Assembly: GCA_043228905.1 (NCBI GenBank)
Contig: JBHGNT010000008.1
Span: 16,492,001 to 16,556,000, forward strand
Origin: Azolla caroliniana
Lineage: Eukaryota > Plantae > Polypodiophyta
Length of the DNA: 64,000 nt
Direction: 5' to 3'
The position numbers and the translations under genes are program-made. The first letter of the stretch is position 1; each line of letters begins with the position of its first letter. The notes under the pieces were generated by a model. The model worked only from the letters and a program-made list of their open reading frames with translations. It ran no database searches and was not told the origin of the DNA. This document shows, one piece after another, positions 38,601 to 52,238 of the stretch.

Positions 38601-39077
38601 TTGCATTTTAGGCATCCTAGGGTTGAAATTTCGAACTCCCTTGTGGTATCTTTTATAATAAAATAGGTGTTTTTCTGTGGATGGTGTAGTTGGCTAGCGC
38701 GTAGGTCTCATAGCTCTTGAGATATCCTGAGGTTGAGAGTTCAAGGCTCTCTCACTACATCCTCAACATCATGATCTTTGCAATCATTAATTCCTATCAT
38801 GTCGATTTGTGTTCTTCCTTAATGTTCTTCAATGTCATGGGAACACAAAACATGTTACATTGCATTTTATCTACCATATGAGTCTATGTATATTCACTAC
38901 CACAATTCCTTTTCCAAACCATTCCGAATTTAAGCTCGCATGACTATGTGAATACTCTCGATCACAATATGACTATCATGAGGGTGGTGTTTTACTTAAA
39001 TAATATATACCTATCATTGGTGTAAAGGCATCATAAATTTGAAATTTCAAGATGGTCTCATCTATTATCTATTATCA

Positions 39078-40676
39078 TTGTCGATCTAGACTTCAAGAGC
39101 ACTGTAAATCATCAAAACATGTTATCTCTTCCATAAGTGGTTTTTTAGATTCAGTATTGTGTCCAAGAGAATGTAAGGCTATCATCCACAGTCGTAAATG
39201 TGTCATGGGTTTATGTCAAGATTGTGGCCCTAGTGGATTTAGGTGGTGTCTAAAAGAGTTTAGTGAAATATTAATCTCTGTCAAGTTATTTGAATCTGTG
39301 AACACCAATTTCGAAGGAAAGGTGTGTAATAGAAAGGAGCTAGTTAGGAAGTCTCTTAAACCAAGGGATTTGGTGTCTTTATTTGTAGTATCTGTAGGAA
39401 AGTTCATTAAACACAACTTCATTTACTCATACCAGGCCCATCAGTTTTAGACTTGCATATCTGATTTTCCAAATGATGTAGTAGTCTCAGTAGTAGATTT
39501 CGTAGAGAATTATACTTTCAAGTAGTAGAATGAAATTCAATCCATGCATTGGTGTTAAGTGCAAGTAACCATTTTTGTGCACATAATGTATTTTTGAGTT
39601 TGAGGCGATGTTAAGAAAGTAATTCATTTTTTTATTTCTGATGATAAGAAGCATGATATCTTGTTTGTCCAACACTGTTTTAAGTTACATTGGCAATGGT
39701 TATTATGTCAACATTTGGAGCTTACTCAACATTGGGTTTGGTCTGACGGAGTTGCGTCACAATTCAAGACTAGACGCTCATTTTATTTTGTTGGGAGGTA
39801 TCCTTTCGTAACAAGTTTGGAGATGAGGTGGATTTTTTTTGGTCTGGCCATGGTAAGAGGAAAATATGATGGAGCAGGTGCAGTTATAAAGCGGGCACTT
39901 ACCCATGAACAACTAAAGGTGGATAGTGTGCATATGAATTGGGCAATACATGTAGTCGAATTTTAAAGAGCTAATATGTCAACGAATGCAAGTCCGAGAT
40001 ATCAAACGTGAATTTTGGGAAGTGAAGATAGATGAAGTAAATAGGGAGAAGACATGGGAGTGCCAAGGAATTCCCGAATTGCGATCTCTCCATGTAGTTC
40101 GGGGTTATTCTAGGTTGGATGGTCATTGTATTGTGGTTAGAGAATTAACTTGTTTTAGCTTCCATTGTGTGTAGGGAAATTGGAGGTATTATTTAAACAA
40201 AGCATATATTCAAAATTGGGAGTACCATACATTGACTGAAAAGGACTGAGCGGATGGAGAAACAGAAAACAATGTTGACTTCACATATTAGGGCCATGGA
40301 GATACTCTTAGTGATGTCATAAACGTTGGGGATAATTTCGCTGTAAATGCAGAAGAAGACAATTCAGAGGGTGCTGATTTCTATATATTGAAGTGCATGG
40401 TTTGTAAACAATGTGCACTACAGAATATTGTATATGCTTGGGGAAAGTTTGTATTTGCTAAGACATTCTACATTGAAGGTATTTCTTTATGCAAGACTAG
40501 ATGATTACGATTATGTGTATAGGCTTTTAGAAGACAAACCCGTAGCGTACATGTACTCTCATTTGGTCAAGTGCATCAACGTCCCGATGTCGCAATACAA
40601 TAGTTGCTCAAATTTACACACAATTAGTGCTAATGTGTATGAATGTATTTACAATATTATGCCATGGAATTTGTAG
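39078..40676 (+). pseudogene. Sola2-like transposase, degenerate
   Basis: CVMGLCQDCG, VVDFVENY, ISDDKKHD, WSDGVASQFK, G(K)YDGAGAVIKR; many stops. Confidence 0.75.
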
Positions 40677-41049
40677 CTACAAGAAGATCATACCAGTTTT
40701 CTTGTAAAGTGGACAAAGTAGTTGTATTGTAGAAAAACAATTTAATAAAATCATTTGGGAGTCTTTTTTTGTTCTTGTTTCTTAATAAAATCGTGTCTGT
40801 TAAATGTGTATTCATTACAGTTAGTTTTACTTATTGCAACTTTCACCTTTGGTGTCTGTTTAATGTGCATAATGGCAATGATTTTTTTACTCTCAAGTAA
40901 ACCATAAGTTCAAACAGTTTGTTTTTCTGAGAACAACCAGCAGCATGAAATGGGAAATCAATGACCTATTTTAAAATTACAAAGTAGATATTTTACTCAA
41001 AACAAGTGATTTAATTCTTCATTAATTAATCTGTCATCAAATTACATAT

Positions 41050-41600
41050 TTATAATACACCATTGGCAATGTCTACAAAGCACCTATAAATAGCTAAGCT
41101 CTTGCTGGTTAGTGGAACTTCTCTACATATGTGACCTGCATACCGAGCTTGGTATGGTGTCCACAACCATGTAGTTAGTTGGTAGCTCAATGTTTTCAAC
41201 AAGTAGTTATCAGGCATTTTGTCGGGTACAATGAGACAGCATTTGCGAAGGTTGTAGTAATGCCAATAATGTTTTGTATCCACAATCAACGTATTGTCAG
41301 CATTATATTAGGGCCAGGTATGCCAAAAATAAAAAAGTCTTTTGAATCTTGCAATATGTTGCTGCTCACATATTTCTCATATCCACTGACCCTTGAAGTG
41401 TTGTCACCACTTTGGGAAGAATCTTTCTACACACTTCCAAACATCTGAATGTGGTTTTTCACTCTAAATAAACAAATCAAAGTATTGCACAACCCACTCT
41501 AGAAATTGATTCGTGTCCCTCCTTGGTGTCATATATCGCACACTCATAAGCACTTTATCAAGCTCCAAGATCAAGACTCTTCTTTCGTCTTCTAATGGTT
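41050..41600 (-). pseudogene. FCP1/NIF-like HAD phosphatase domain remnant
   Basis: Hand translation gives RRVLILELDKVL...QFLEWVVQYFDLFI*S...KRLFYFW...YNADNTLIVDTKHY...N, following the FCP1 pattern (LILDLD, FLE, IWS, NTLLID). Confidence 0.5.
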
Positions 41601-42399
41601 TAGGTTTCCATTCCTGCAACTAAGCCTTTGTTACACCAAGTATTGGTAGCACACGATCAATTTAAATCAACTCAGGTTCTGTCGACACAATTGGTGTCTT
41701 TTTCCTCTTCAAACCCCTGGTTGACTATGTCTTTGGGTCTGGCCTCACCTTGTTTTGCTCTTGTGCAGTCATTGGGCCTGGCTCACACAGTTTTTGCTCT
41801 TGTATAGTCGACCGTGTCATCGGTTCTAGCATTACCTTTGTGCATGTAGATACTTCTTTGGTCGATATCTATTTAGCTAATTCTAAACATGATAGCTAAT
41901 TAGCAACCACTCTTGATATTGCTCGATACTTCTACATCTTAGATAAATATCTATTCTTCTTAACTATGGCAGTATCTAATTACCTATCACTCTTGATACT
42001 ACTTAGCTAATTAGCTACTAGACTATAGGTTGACAATAACTAATTAGCTACATCTTAGCTAATTAGTTACATCTTAGCTAATCAGCTGCTAGACTATAGG
42101 TTGGCAGTAGCTAATTAGCTACATCTTGGCTAATTTGCTAATACCTAGGTTGTAGCTAATTAGCTACTACACAACTGAACCATAATAGCTAAATTGCCCA
42201 GGGGCTCCACTATATTTAAAGAGGTTGTATCACGTGCGTTCAAGATATCTTTTATAAACCCCTTATACATATGTTTTTTCACTATTTTAGAACCCTTTTG
42301 TAAAAAAACGGTTAATAAAAATACCCCTTATTGTCAATATATATTTTGACAACAACTATTTTAAATACCCTTACATAGAAAAACACATGTATATCCTAT

Positions 42400-42729
42400 A
42401 GATGTATATAAATATGCATTGTATTATTTGAATGTGTTGGGCATATTTTATGCATGGTTGTATGTATGTATGTGTATGTTATGTGTGTGTATGTATTGTG
42501 TTGTATTCCATGTGTATGTATTGTATTGCATGTGTATGTATGTATGTATTGTGTTGTATTCCATGTTTATGTTTTGTATTGTATTGCATGTGTATGTATA
42601 CATGTACTATATTGTATTCCATGTTTATGTATGTATGTATGTATGTATTGTACTGTATTGCATGTGTTGTATGTATTGTATTATGCCATGTGTTTATGTG
42701 TCTATGTTCAATGTGTCTATGTATGTATG

Positions 42730-42786
<57 letters not shown>

Positions 42787-42960
42787 TTTTGCAACATGTT
42801 TAATTATTGTTTTTACTTTTTTTAACAAGTATTTATTTATTTTGTTCTTCATTTTGTATTTTTTGTTTTTCTTTTCTACATTTCTTTTGTTTAGAATGTG
42901 TTTATTGTATGTATGTATGTTTGCTTGTTTGTATGTATATTTGCATGTATGTGAGCGTGG
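42400..42960. repeat. TATG/TA low-complexity tract with (TA)n
   Basis: Visible directly; (TA)n at ~42734-42784. Confidence 0.9.
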
Positions 42961-43568
42961 AGAGTATGTGCATCTTCACACCACCTTCATTCAAAGAATA
43001 GGATCACCTTGAATGCCATCTTCTTTGACATGCCTATGTAACATTGCATATATCGTGGTTTCATGGAAGTGAAAAACATATATATCTAACAAAAGATATA
43101 TCATAACAAGAATATACCATGTGATGTGCAAGAATAATTCACAACATTAAACTTGAGAAAGAACTTCACTGCATGAAGTTGCTACAATGCCAAAACAAAC
43201 ACATACCGAGTTTTTCTGTAAGAAAACTTCAGCATTTAAGTCCTTAAGTTCCTACAATGCAACCACACACAATACTTTTAATCTTTAAACATCTCTTCCA
43301 TAGCCATAGCCATTAATCTCTCTACAAAAGAAACATAGCAAGTAAGCTATAGAACCCACAAAGGTTTAGATTCAAGAACATCTAATCTGAAAGGTTTGGT
43401 CTCAACAACGATATTTATCATAGATAGTTTTGGTCTTGACAAATTAACTGTTACATAATGAAAACACATTGTGGGAATACAAGTATCCAATTCACAACAA
43501 ATAAAACCAAAATCGAGTTTCAATTATGCCTCTTGTATTGGTAACATACTTAAACATGACAAATTTAC

Positions 43569-44237
43569 CTCTACCATGGAAACTAGCACCGCAGCCATCA
43601 TGCCGAACATATGACTAGCATGAAACGTCGAAGCACCCCATTGAAGAGTATAAGGAATGCAAAGCTTAGAAATTCAAAATTAAACTAAATTCACAATTTC
43701 GGCAACCTTGATGTTCCGTCTAAATATCAACTTAGATACATATAACTTGCAATATATAACTAGGAATTACTAAAAGAGAAAAGGTAGAGGAACAATGATT
43801 TTATATCACCAAAAAATGTATATCCAATATTTATCCATGAGTAACACATTGATGTAAGTGTTATTCACCATCGTGTTACATCATGCCCTTACATGTTCTT
43901 CCTTGCCCAAAAATAGATAACATTGAGATATATATACATGCACATCACTTATATTTATTGAGTTTCAAAGGGTGACTCTATCTAATTGCCCACACTTCAA
44001 AAATGATGTTATATTGTGCAATGAACAATAGAAACAATCAATATGGCTCAAATTACCAAGGTGATGAAACAACCAATGACGCTCGACCAATCCAGTAGTT
44101 GGAAGCAATAACGTCAAAGGCATATTTGTAGGCTCCCATTATTGTAAGGAGGTATGCGTAGGCCCAAACGATAGCCACGCCTATGAGCGTTGAGAATCAT
44201 TCCAAAACAAAAATCCCAGTTTAAAACTCTTCAAGAA
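43569..44237 (-). pseudogene. Captured nucleobase-ascorbate transporter (NAT) fragment: two exons plus intron
   Basis: Exon 44237-44057: FLK...E*FSTLIGVAIVWAYAYLLTIMGAYK...RASLVVSSPW|GT. Exon ~43665-43569: IPYTLQWGASTFHASHMFGMMAAVLVSMVE|GT. Confidence 0.8.
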
Positions 44238-44679
44238 CTACATTTTATTATTGTATTAAACAATGAAACTTTTGAAGTGAAAGCAAACAAAATGCTCACA
44301 AAACACATTAAACAGGCATGTCATTACCTACATGCGACAACAACTTTTGGATAATTATTTGGTTGATCCCTTCTTCCACACTTTCCCAACTTGCAAGTAT
44401 AAATAAAATTATTTCATATCTGACCCAGAATCGACAATTCTTTCAACAAAAATGCATATTTCTTAATGTTTGTTGCATAAAAATACCATACCCATGGAAA
44501 AATCATTAGGAGGACAAAAACTACACAACATGATTACAGCAAACAACCGTACATACAACCCATAATGTCGAACTTTTTATATCAACTCACTTGCAATAGC
44601 ATGGATGGATTTGCACATAATATTCCTTTGTGTGGAGGAGCTCCCAACTATGACCTATTGTTGTTGTAATTAGCGAGCG

Positions 44680-45210
44680 ATTTAAGGTTATTAAGGTTCC
44701 ACACCACATATTTGTCCCAGGAACCAGAAACCATGATAGGATTTGCAGTAACCTGTGAGAATTAACACATGATACCCAACCGGTGTGTGCATCTCCATCT
44801 TGGATAGTATCGTTGCAGTCGCCGAGTGTATTCCAAAGCTTGATGAATCGATCCCTCGACGCGGAAACGATCAGACGATTGTCTGCAGAGAAGGCAACGC
44901 TCAGAACGTCTTTAGAGTGTCCAGTGAATTGGCGGTTTGTGTCACCGGAGTAGAGATCCCACAGATGAAGCTCTCCATCCCAACTCCCTGATAGAGCAAA
45001 CTTCCTATCAGAAGAGATGGCAACATCTTATACAAAGTGATCATGACCTGTGAGGCGTTTCTTCGTATAGCCATAGTTTTCGTCTCGGGTGAGGGACCAC
45101 ACAACAAGAGACTTGTCTCGAGAAGCAGAGACGATCATGTACCCATCGATGATGGGGCAAGAAATGGAGGTGAGCCAATCGTTGTGGCCGTTGAGTTTCC
45201 TCCATGGCTT
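44680..45210 (-). pseudogene. RACK1: Captured RACK1 fragment (about the first four WD40 repeats)
   Basis: LNGHNDWLT...MIVSASRDKS...[37 protein letters not shown]...[15 protein letters not shown]...KLWNTLG...WVSCV...SGSWDK; contains a stop and frameshifts. Confidence 0.92.
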
Positions 45211-45369
45211 CAATCTGTCTCTGTCCCTGTCTCTGTCTCTCCCCTCTTTCTTGCCCCACATCAAAATGTGTATACTCCCCATTTTTTGCTAAAACAGGAA
45301 TGTAATCCCCGTCCCCCTTTTCTTTCCCCCTTTTTTTGAAACAATTAGCGTGACTCTGTCACACGTTTT

Positions 45370-46946
45370 AAAAATAATGTTTGTGTGTGTGTGTGTGTGT
45401 GTTTATGTATACATGTGCATTACGTATGTATGTATATTTGGTGTGTGTGCATATGTATGTATTATATTGCATGTGTTGTATGTATGCCATGTGTGTATGT
45501 ATGTATCTACTATATGGGTAATTGTGTATGTTCTATGCATGTGCTTATGTATGTATTGTGTATATGGCATGTGTGTATGTATGTATTGTATGTATTGTAT
45601 GTACAACATGTGTGTGTGTATGGGTGTGTGTGTGTGTGTGCATGCGCGTTCTATAGATGTGCTTATATATGTATTGTATCATGTATGTATAGCATGTGTC
45701 TATGTATGTATGTGTTAATGTTTGTTTGTTTGTTTGTGTGTGTGTGTGTGTATTTTCTATATGTGCATATGTATGTATGTATTGTATGTATCATATGTGT
45801 AGGATGTGTCTATGTACGTATGTGTTATGTATGTGTCTATGTGTTCTATATTTCTACATATGTATGTATGTATTATGTATTGTATATATAGCATGTGCTT
45901 ATGTATGTATGTGTATTTTCTATTGATGTACATATGTATGTATTATATTGCAGGTGTATATATGTATGTGTGTGTATGTACATATTGTATTGTATTGCAT
46001 GTGTTGTATGTATTGTGTGTATGGCATGTGTGTGTGTATGTTCTTTACATGTGCATATGTATGTATTCTATGTATGGCACATGTGTATGTGTTATGTGTG
46101 TGTATTCATGCATACAATACAAAACACACATACAACACGTACGACATACATATACACACATATGCACATATGTATGTGTGTAGGTATGTACATTTGTATT
46201 GTATGTATGCATGCATGTATGCACATGTATGGATGTAAGTTGGTAACATTCATAAATGTATCATTGTAGGCATGTGTACGTATGTACATGTAGCAATGTA
46301 TGAATGAATATATGTATGTTCATGTGCGAATGCATGTATGTGTATATATGTAATATGTAATGTATTTATGTATCTTTTTAGGGTATTTTCGTGTTTAGTA
46401 TGTGTATGGCTCATATATGGATGTATGTTTGCAATATGCACATAATATGCATGCATATATCCAACATATGTGTAAGTATACATATATCTAATGTGTGTGT
46501 GTGTGTGTATATGTACCTTATAAGTATTGTAATTTGTATGACCCCGTATTACCTATGTATATATATGGTGATATGTGGAATATGTATGTATGTATTTGTA
46601 TACATATATGCAAATGTCCATGTACATGATTTGATGTGTGTTTATAATATGTGCATAATATGTATGTATGCGTATGTATATATGTACTATTCTATTGTGT
46701 ATGACCATGTGTGTATTTGTGTTTGTATATGTGGTGATATGTATGTACATATGTAATGTATGTATGTATGTGTACGTAATATGCACTCATATATATGATG
46801 TGTGTGTATGTATGTAAATATTTAAGTATTGTAGTTTGTATGGTCCCAGATAACCTATATATATATTATATATATATATATGGTGATATGTAGAATAAAT
46901 GTACATATGCAATACATATACATACATACATACATACATACATACA

Positions 46947-46982
<36 letters not shown>

Positions 46983-47500
46983 TATATGTATATATATATA
47001 TATGTATGTAATAATGTATGTATGTGTATGTAAATTTGTATATTGTGTAATATGAATGGATTATATGATATGTAGTTTGTAATTTATTTATGTGTGTGTG
47101 TGTGTGCGCACTCGCACGCGTGTATATATATATATATATAACTTGTTTGTATGTATGTAGATTTTTAATACATACAATATGTCACTATACGTATTTATGT
47201 GTATGTGTATGTGTGTGTATATATAATATGTAATTTATTTATGTATGTATATTTTTTGTGTTTCGTATGCATATATGTATTTGTATATAATTGTGTGCAT
47301 AATTATATGTGTGTAATATGTATGTAGCATGTATGCATTTACATATATGTATTTGTGTATGTATTTACATATGGTAATATATATTTGTACATATATTCAT
47401 GTTTAGTCAATATGCATGTATATACATATTCATGGATGTAATGTTTGAATGTAGGTATATGTGCATGTATGCATGTATATGTATGTATGTACGCATGTAT
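45370..47500. repeat. TG/TATG/CATA low-complexity microsatellite tract
   Basis: Visible directly; (CATA)n at ~46912-46976. Confidence 0.9.
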
Positions 47501-50500
47501 GCTACTCCAAAATTGACTATTGTTTGCATAATATATTCTTTACTATCTCATTGAAATATCTAATATTTCATGGGCTTATGTAATTTTTTTCTATAGCATA
47601 ATTGATAACACCCTTATGTAAATATATTTTTTATGTATTTATTAATACCCTTACGTATATATATTTTGTATCTCAATGGTTAATTTAAACCCCTTTTGAT
47701 GAACTCACGTGCTATCATACAAGTTTTGACAGTGAAGCCCCCGGGCTAAATAGCTACCATACTTTATACGGCTTAACTAATTAGCTAAGATGTAACTAAT
47801 TAGGTATTCTACTTAAGTATCATAGTAGCTAATTAGCTACCACTTAGTTAATTAGCTACCACTTAGCTAATTAGCTACAATGTAGCTAATTCGCTATTAC
47901 AATATAGGCTCACACTAGCGAATTAGCTACATCAAAACTAAATAGGTATTCTACTTAAGTATAGTAGTAGCTAATTAGCTACCACTTAACTAATTAGCGA
48001 CATTGTAGCTAATTAGCTACTACACTATAGGCTGGTAGTAGCTAAATAGCTACTAACTTTATCATGAAATTAGCTAATTAGCTACATTGAAGCTAATTAG
48101 CTATTCTACTTAAGTATGGTAGTAGCTAATTCGCTACTACACTATAGGCTAGCAGTAGCTAAATAGCTGTGGACTTTAGCATGGTAGTAGCTAATTAGCT
48201 GCTGACTTTAGCATGGCAGTAGCTAATTAGTTGTTGACTTTAGCATCGCAATAGCTAATTAGCTACATCGAAACTAATTAGGTATTCTACATAAGTATAG
48301 TATTAGCTAATTAGCGACATTGTAGCTAATTAGCTACTACACTATAGGCTGGTAGTAGCTAAATAGTTGCTGACTTTAGTATGAAATTAGCTAATTAGCT
48401 ACATCGAAGCTAATTAGTTATTCTACTTAAGTATGATAATAGCTAATTAGCTACTACTCTATGGGCTAACAGTAGCTAAATAGCTGTGGACTTTAGCATG
48501 GTAGTAGATAATTAGCTACATCGAATCTAATTAGCTATTCTACTTAAGTATGGTAGTAGCTAATTAGCTACCACTTAGCTAATTAACTACATTTTAGCTA
48601 ATTAGTTGCTACCCTATAGGTTATAGTAGCTAATTAGCTACTTAAGTATGGTACTAACTAATTAGCTACGACTCTTGATACCACATAGCTAATTAGCTGC
48701 TAGACTATAGATTGGTAGTAGCTAATTAGTTATTCTACTTAAATATGGTAGTAGCTAATTAGCTAAGTAGTAGCTGATTAGCTACATTGTAGCTACTTAA
48801 CTACTACACTATAGCCTGACAGTAGTTAATTACCTATTCAACTTAATTATGGTAGTAGCTAATTAGTTATCACTTAGCTAATTAGCTACATCTTAGCTAA
48901 TTAGTTGCTAGACTATAGGTGGCAATAGCTAATTAGCTATAACTTAACTAATTAGCTATTCTTCTTAACTATGGCAATAACTAAGTAGCTAATTAGCTAA
49001 GATGTAGCTAATTAGCTACTTAAGTATGGTACTAACTAATTAGCTACGACTCTTGATACTGCTTAGCTAATTAACTGCTAGACTATAGATTGGTAGTAGC
49101 TAATAAGTTATTCTACTTAAATATGGTTGTAGCTAATTAGCTACATCTTAGCTAATTAGATACATCATAGCTAATTAGCTACATCTTAGCTAATTACCTA
49201 TTCAACTTAATTATGGTAGTAGCTAATTAGCTATCACTTAGCTAATTAGCTACATCTTCGCTAATTAGTTGCTAGACTATAGGTGGCAGTAGCTAATTAG
49301 CTACAACTTAACTAATTAGCTATTCTTCTTAACTATGGCAGTAACTAAGTAGCTAATTAGCTAAGATGTAGCTAATTAGCTAAGATGTAGCTAATTAGCT
49401 AAGATGTAGCTAATTAACTAAGATGTAGCTAATTAGCTAAGATGTAGCTAATTAGCTAAGATGTAGCTAATTAGCTAAGATGTAGCTAATTAGCTAAGAT
49501 GTAGCTAATTAGCTATGATGTAGCTAATTAGCTACTACAACCTATAGTGTAGCAACTAATTAGCTAAAATGTAGTTAATTAGCTACATCTTAGCTAATTA
49601 GCTACTTAAGTATGGTACTAACTAATTAGCTATCACTCTTGATATTGCTTAGCTAATTAACTGCTAGACTATAGATTGGTAGTAGCTAATTAGTTATTCT
49701 ACTTAAATATGGTAGTAGCTAATTATCTAAGTAGTAGCTGACTAGCTACATTGTAGCTAATTAACTACTACACTATAGGCTGACAGTAGCTAATTACCTA
49801 TTCAACTTTATTATGGTAGTAGCTAATTAGTTATCACTTAGCTAATTAGCTACATCTTAGCTAATTAGTTGCTAGACTACAGGTGGCAGTAGCTAATTAG
49901 CTACAACTTAACTAATTAGCTATTCTTCTTAACTATGGCAGTAGCTAAGTAGTGAATTAGCTAAGATGTAGCTAATTAGCTATGATGTAGCTAATTAGCT
50001 AATATGTAGCTAATTAGCTACAACAACCTATAGTGTAGCAACTAATTAGCTAAAATATAGTTAATTAGCTAAGTGGTAGCTAATTAGCTACATCTTAGCT
50101 AATTAGCTTCTTTAGTATGGTACTAACTAATTAACTATGACTCTTGATATTGCTTAGCTAATTAACTGCTAGACTATAGATTGGTAGTAGCTAATTAGTT
50201 ATTCTACTTAAATATGGTAGTAGCTAATTAACTACTACACCATAGGCTGACAATAGCTAATTACCTATTCAACTTAATTATGGTAATAGCTTATTAGCTA
50301 TCACTTAGCTAATTAGCTACATCTTAGCTAATTAGTTGCTAGACTATAGGTGGCAGTAGCTAGTTAGCTACAACTTAACTAAGTAGCTATTCTTCGTAAC
50401 TATGGCAATAACTTATTAGCTACCACTTTTGATACTACTTAGCTAATTAGCTACATTGTAGCTAATTAGCTGCTAGACCATAGATTTCTAGTAGCTAATT

Positions 50501-50666
50501 AGCTACATCTTGGCTAATGAGCTAATACCTAGGTTTTAGCAAATTAACTATTACAATACTGAACCATAATAGCTAAATAGCTACCACACTTTATACGTCT
50601 GAGCTAATTAGCTAAGATGTAACTAGTTAGCTACTACATTATAGAGACAAGAAGCAATTTTACCTG

Positions 50667-52238
50667 TCAGTTTCTCCACTCATCTGGAAGAGTTGTATTG
50701 CAATCCCCTAAACAGACTGCAGCAATGCGATAGGCATATTGAAAACAAATGATATGGTATGTGTGATGGCATTGTACCAAAAGAGTAGCAGTTTTGTCCT
50801 CTATGCCTAAGCCGGAAGCAATGCAACGTGCTTGAACAATCAATATATCGTTGCCTGATTCTCCTTCGTTTGGTAAGGGAGCAAGAATGTTGAGGTCCAA
50901 TTCTTGTCTACTCTTTACCATCCCCTCCACATCATGTAGTTGCTTCTTAAGGCAACTAACTACATGTTCTTGACTGGAGTATTGTTCCTAGAATGCAACT
51001 GAGAAATCACCGATTTATCATTCCATAATGAGGAAGATAGAACAACAAGAAACAATAATCATTAACTTGGAGGTTCTCCAAATTGTAATCATCGACAATA
51101 TTTACACCTAGAAGGTCCAGGTTCATTAAACGAACTTGGATCTCTGTCTGTAGTTGTATTTTCTGCTGGTGATCCAATGGCCCTCAATTTCAAGCTCATG
51201 TTGAGCAACCTGTTCCAGTTAATGCCTCAGTAACAACATTTTCATGTACAAGTTTTATAACATGTTACATACTAGGAAAACAATTGCTACGTGAATCCTA
51301 TTTTTGATTGTTGTCACTACCAAAGTGACTTTGCTCTCCATCGCAGTAGCCAATATTGCTTTCTCTAAATCAGTCTTTGTTGCCTCTAATGTCTCACAGG
51401 CTTCATGGACATTTTTCAGCATATAGCTAATCAAGGTCTCACCTGTATCATCGACATTGGCTTTCATTGTGTTTTTGTGTGGTGTATACTTGAGGGTTTG
51501 TTGGGAGTCGTCAGTTGCATCATCAACTGCCATGCTCCAGAATTTGGCCATTTTTTGTTGCAAGCTTCCCATCTTCTAGCATTGTTCTACCGATGCCTCA
51601 CCATAAATAGCCGAAGCCACCTTGTACATTTCAGGGTCCGTTGTTTCCTTTGTTGTTTTACAATACTCGTATGCAAAAGCTCTCGCGAATGCAACATACA
51701 ACTCGTTCTTGACCGGGATCTCTTGATGTACTTTTAGGTGGCTCTTTATAGACTGACAACTAGGCTATATCACTAATCAATTTATTTGTTAGAACAGGAG
51801 GGTCAATATCCTCTAGTGACAAATCCTATATGTTGTTAATGTCCTCTTTTGTCTCGCTAAACCTTGCACAGTTCAACACTCTAGGATATGGAGGAACACG
51901 CCACCTGAAATAAAAAATCAATACATGTTACCTCTGCTCTACTGGGACATATGTATTTCAAACCATAATTGGTAGGGAAGAATCAAAAATAAAAAATCAG
52001 CCACAATCATCCAAATCCTAAATCAAGTTTGGGTGAAGTTTGTAGACACAACCATTGAAATCAGAAATGTGAATTGGTGCAAAATTCCAACACTAAATCT
52101 GAAATTTTCAGCAGTAATAAAAAATCAACCGTTTAAAAAATCAGAAACCCTAATCTGTAATATATATGAAATCAACCCGAATCAAAATTTTTGTCAACCA
52201 GAAACACACCTGCTTCTACACCCCGAACATCGAGACAT
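50667..52238 (-). pseudogene. Spliced accessory gene remnant with a RING-H2-like finger
   Basis: Candidate first exon 52238-52210 (ATG...CAG|GT), acceptor TTTCAG at ~51905; C-x2-S...QCHHTYHIIC...CLGDC in 50667-50930. Confidence 0.45.

Larger units (their letters stand above)
29350..39077. repeat. Degenerate modular tandem repeat (satellite-like), block 1
   Basis: Recurrent blocks (GAGAGTTCAAGC..CTCTCACCCC; AATGTCATGGGAACACAACACATGCTACATGGCATTTTATCCACCCT; CTCGCATGACTATGTGAATATTCTC) recur about every 450-600 bp, all in one orientation. Confidence 0.85.
42197..47745. mobile_element. Non-autonomous Pack-MULE-like TIR element with captured gene fragments
   Basis: Ends CCCAGGGGCTCCACT / AGTGAAGCCCCCGGG, plus a subterminal inverted CACGTG.GTTCA at the same 34-bp offset; 8-bp TSD CTAAATTG / CTAAATAG; an empty-site analogue is present at ~50562-50597. 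Confidence 0.8.
41870..50640. repeat. AGCTAATTAGCT palindromic minisatellite (41870-42196 and 47746-50640, interrupted by an insertion)
   Basis: Dozens of copies of the perfect 12-bp palindrome; pure 19-bp tandem run AGCTAATTAGCTAAGATGT at ~49351-49530. Confidence 0.93.

Noticed and set aside
29348-38658. Short ORFs in the tandem repeat
   Set aside because: Frames and stops are not conserved between repeat units.
44680-45210. Functional or retroposed RACK1
   Set aside because: Truncated with a stop and frameshifts; lack of introns is uninformative because this part can lie within one exon, and no poly(A) tail is seen.
42419-46975. Many Cys/Val/Tyr/Met-rich ORFs
   Set aside because: Translations of TG/TATG microsatellites.
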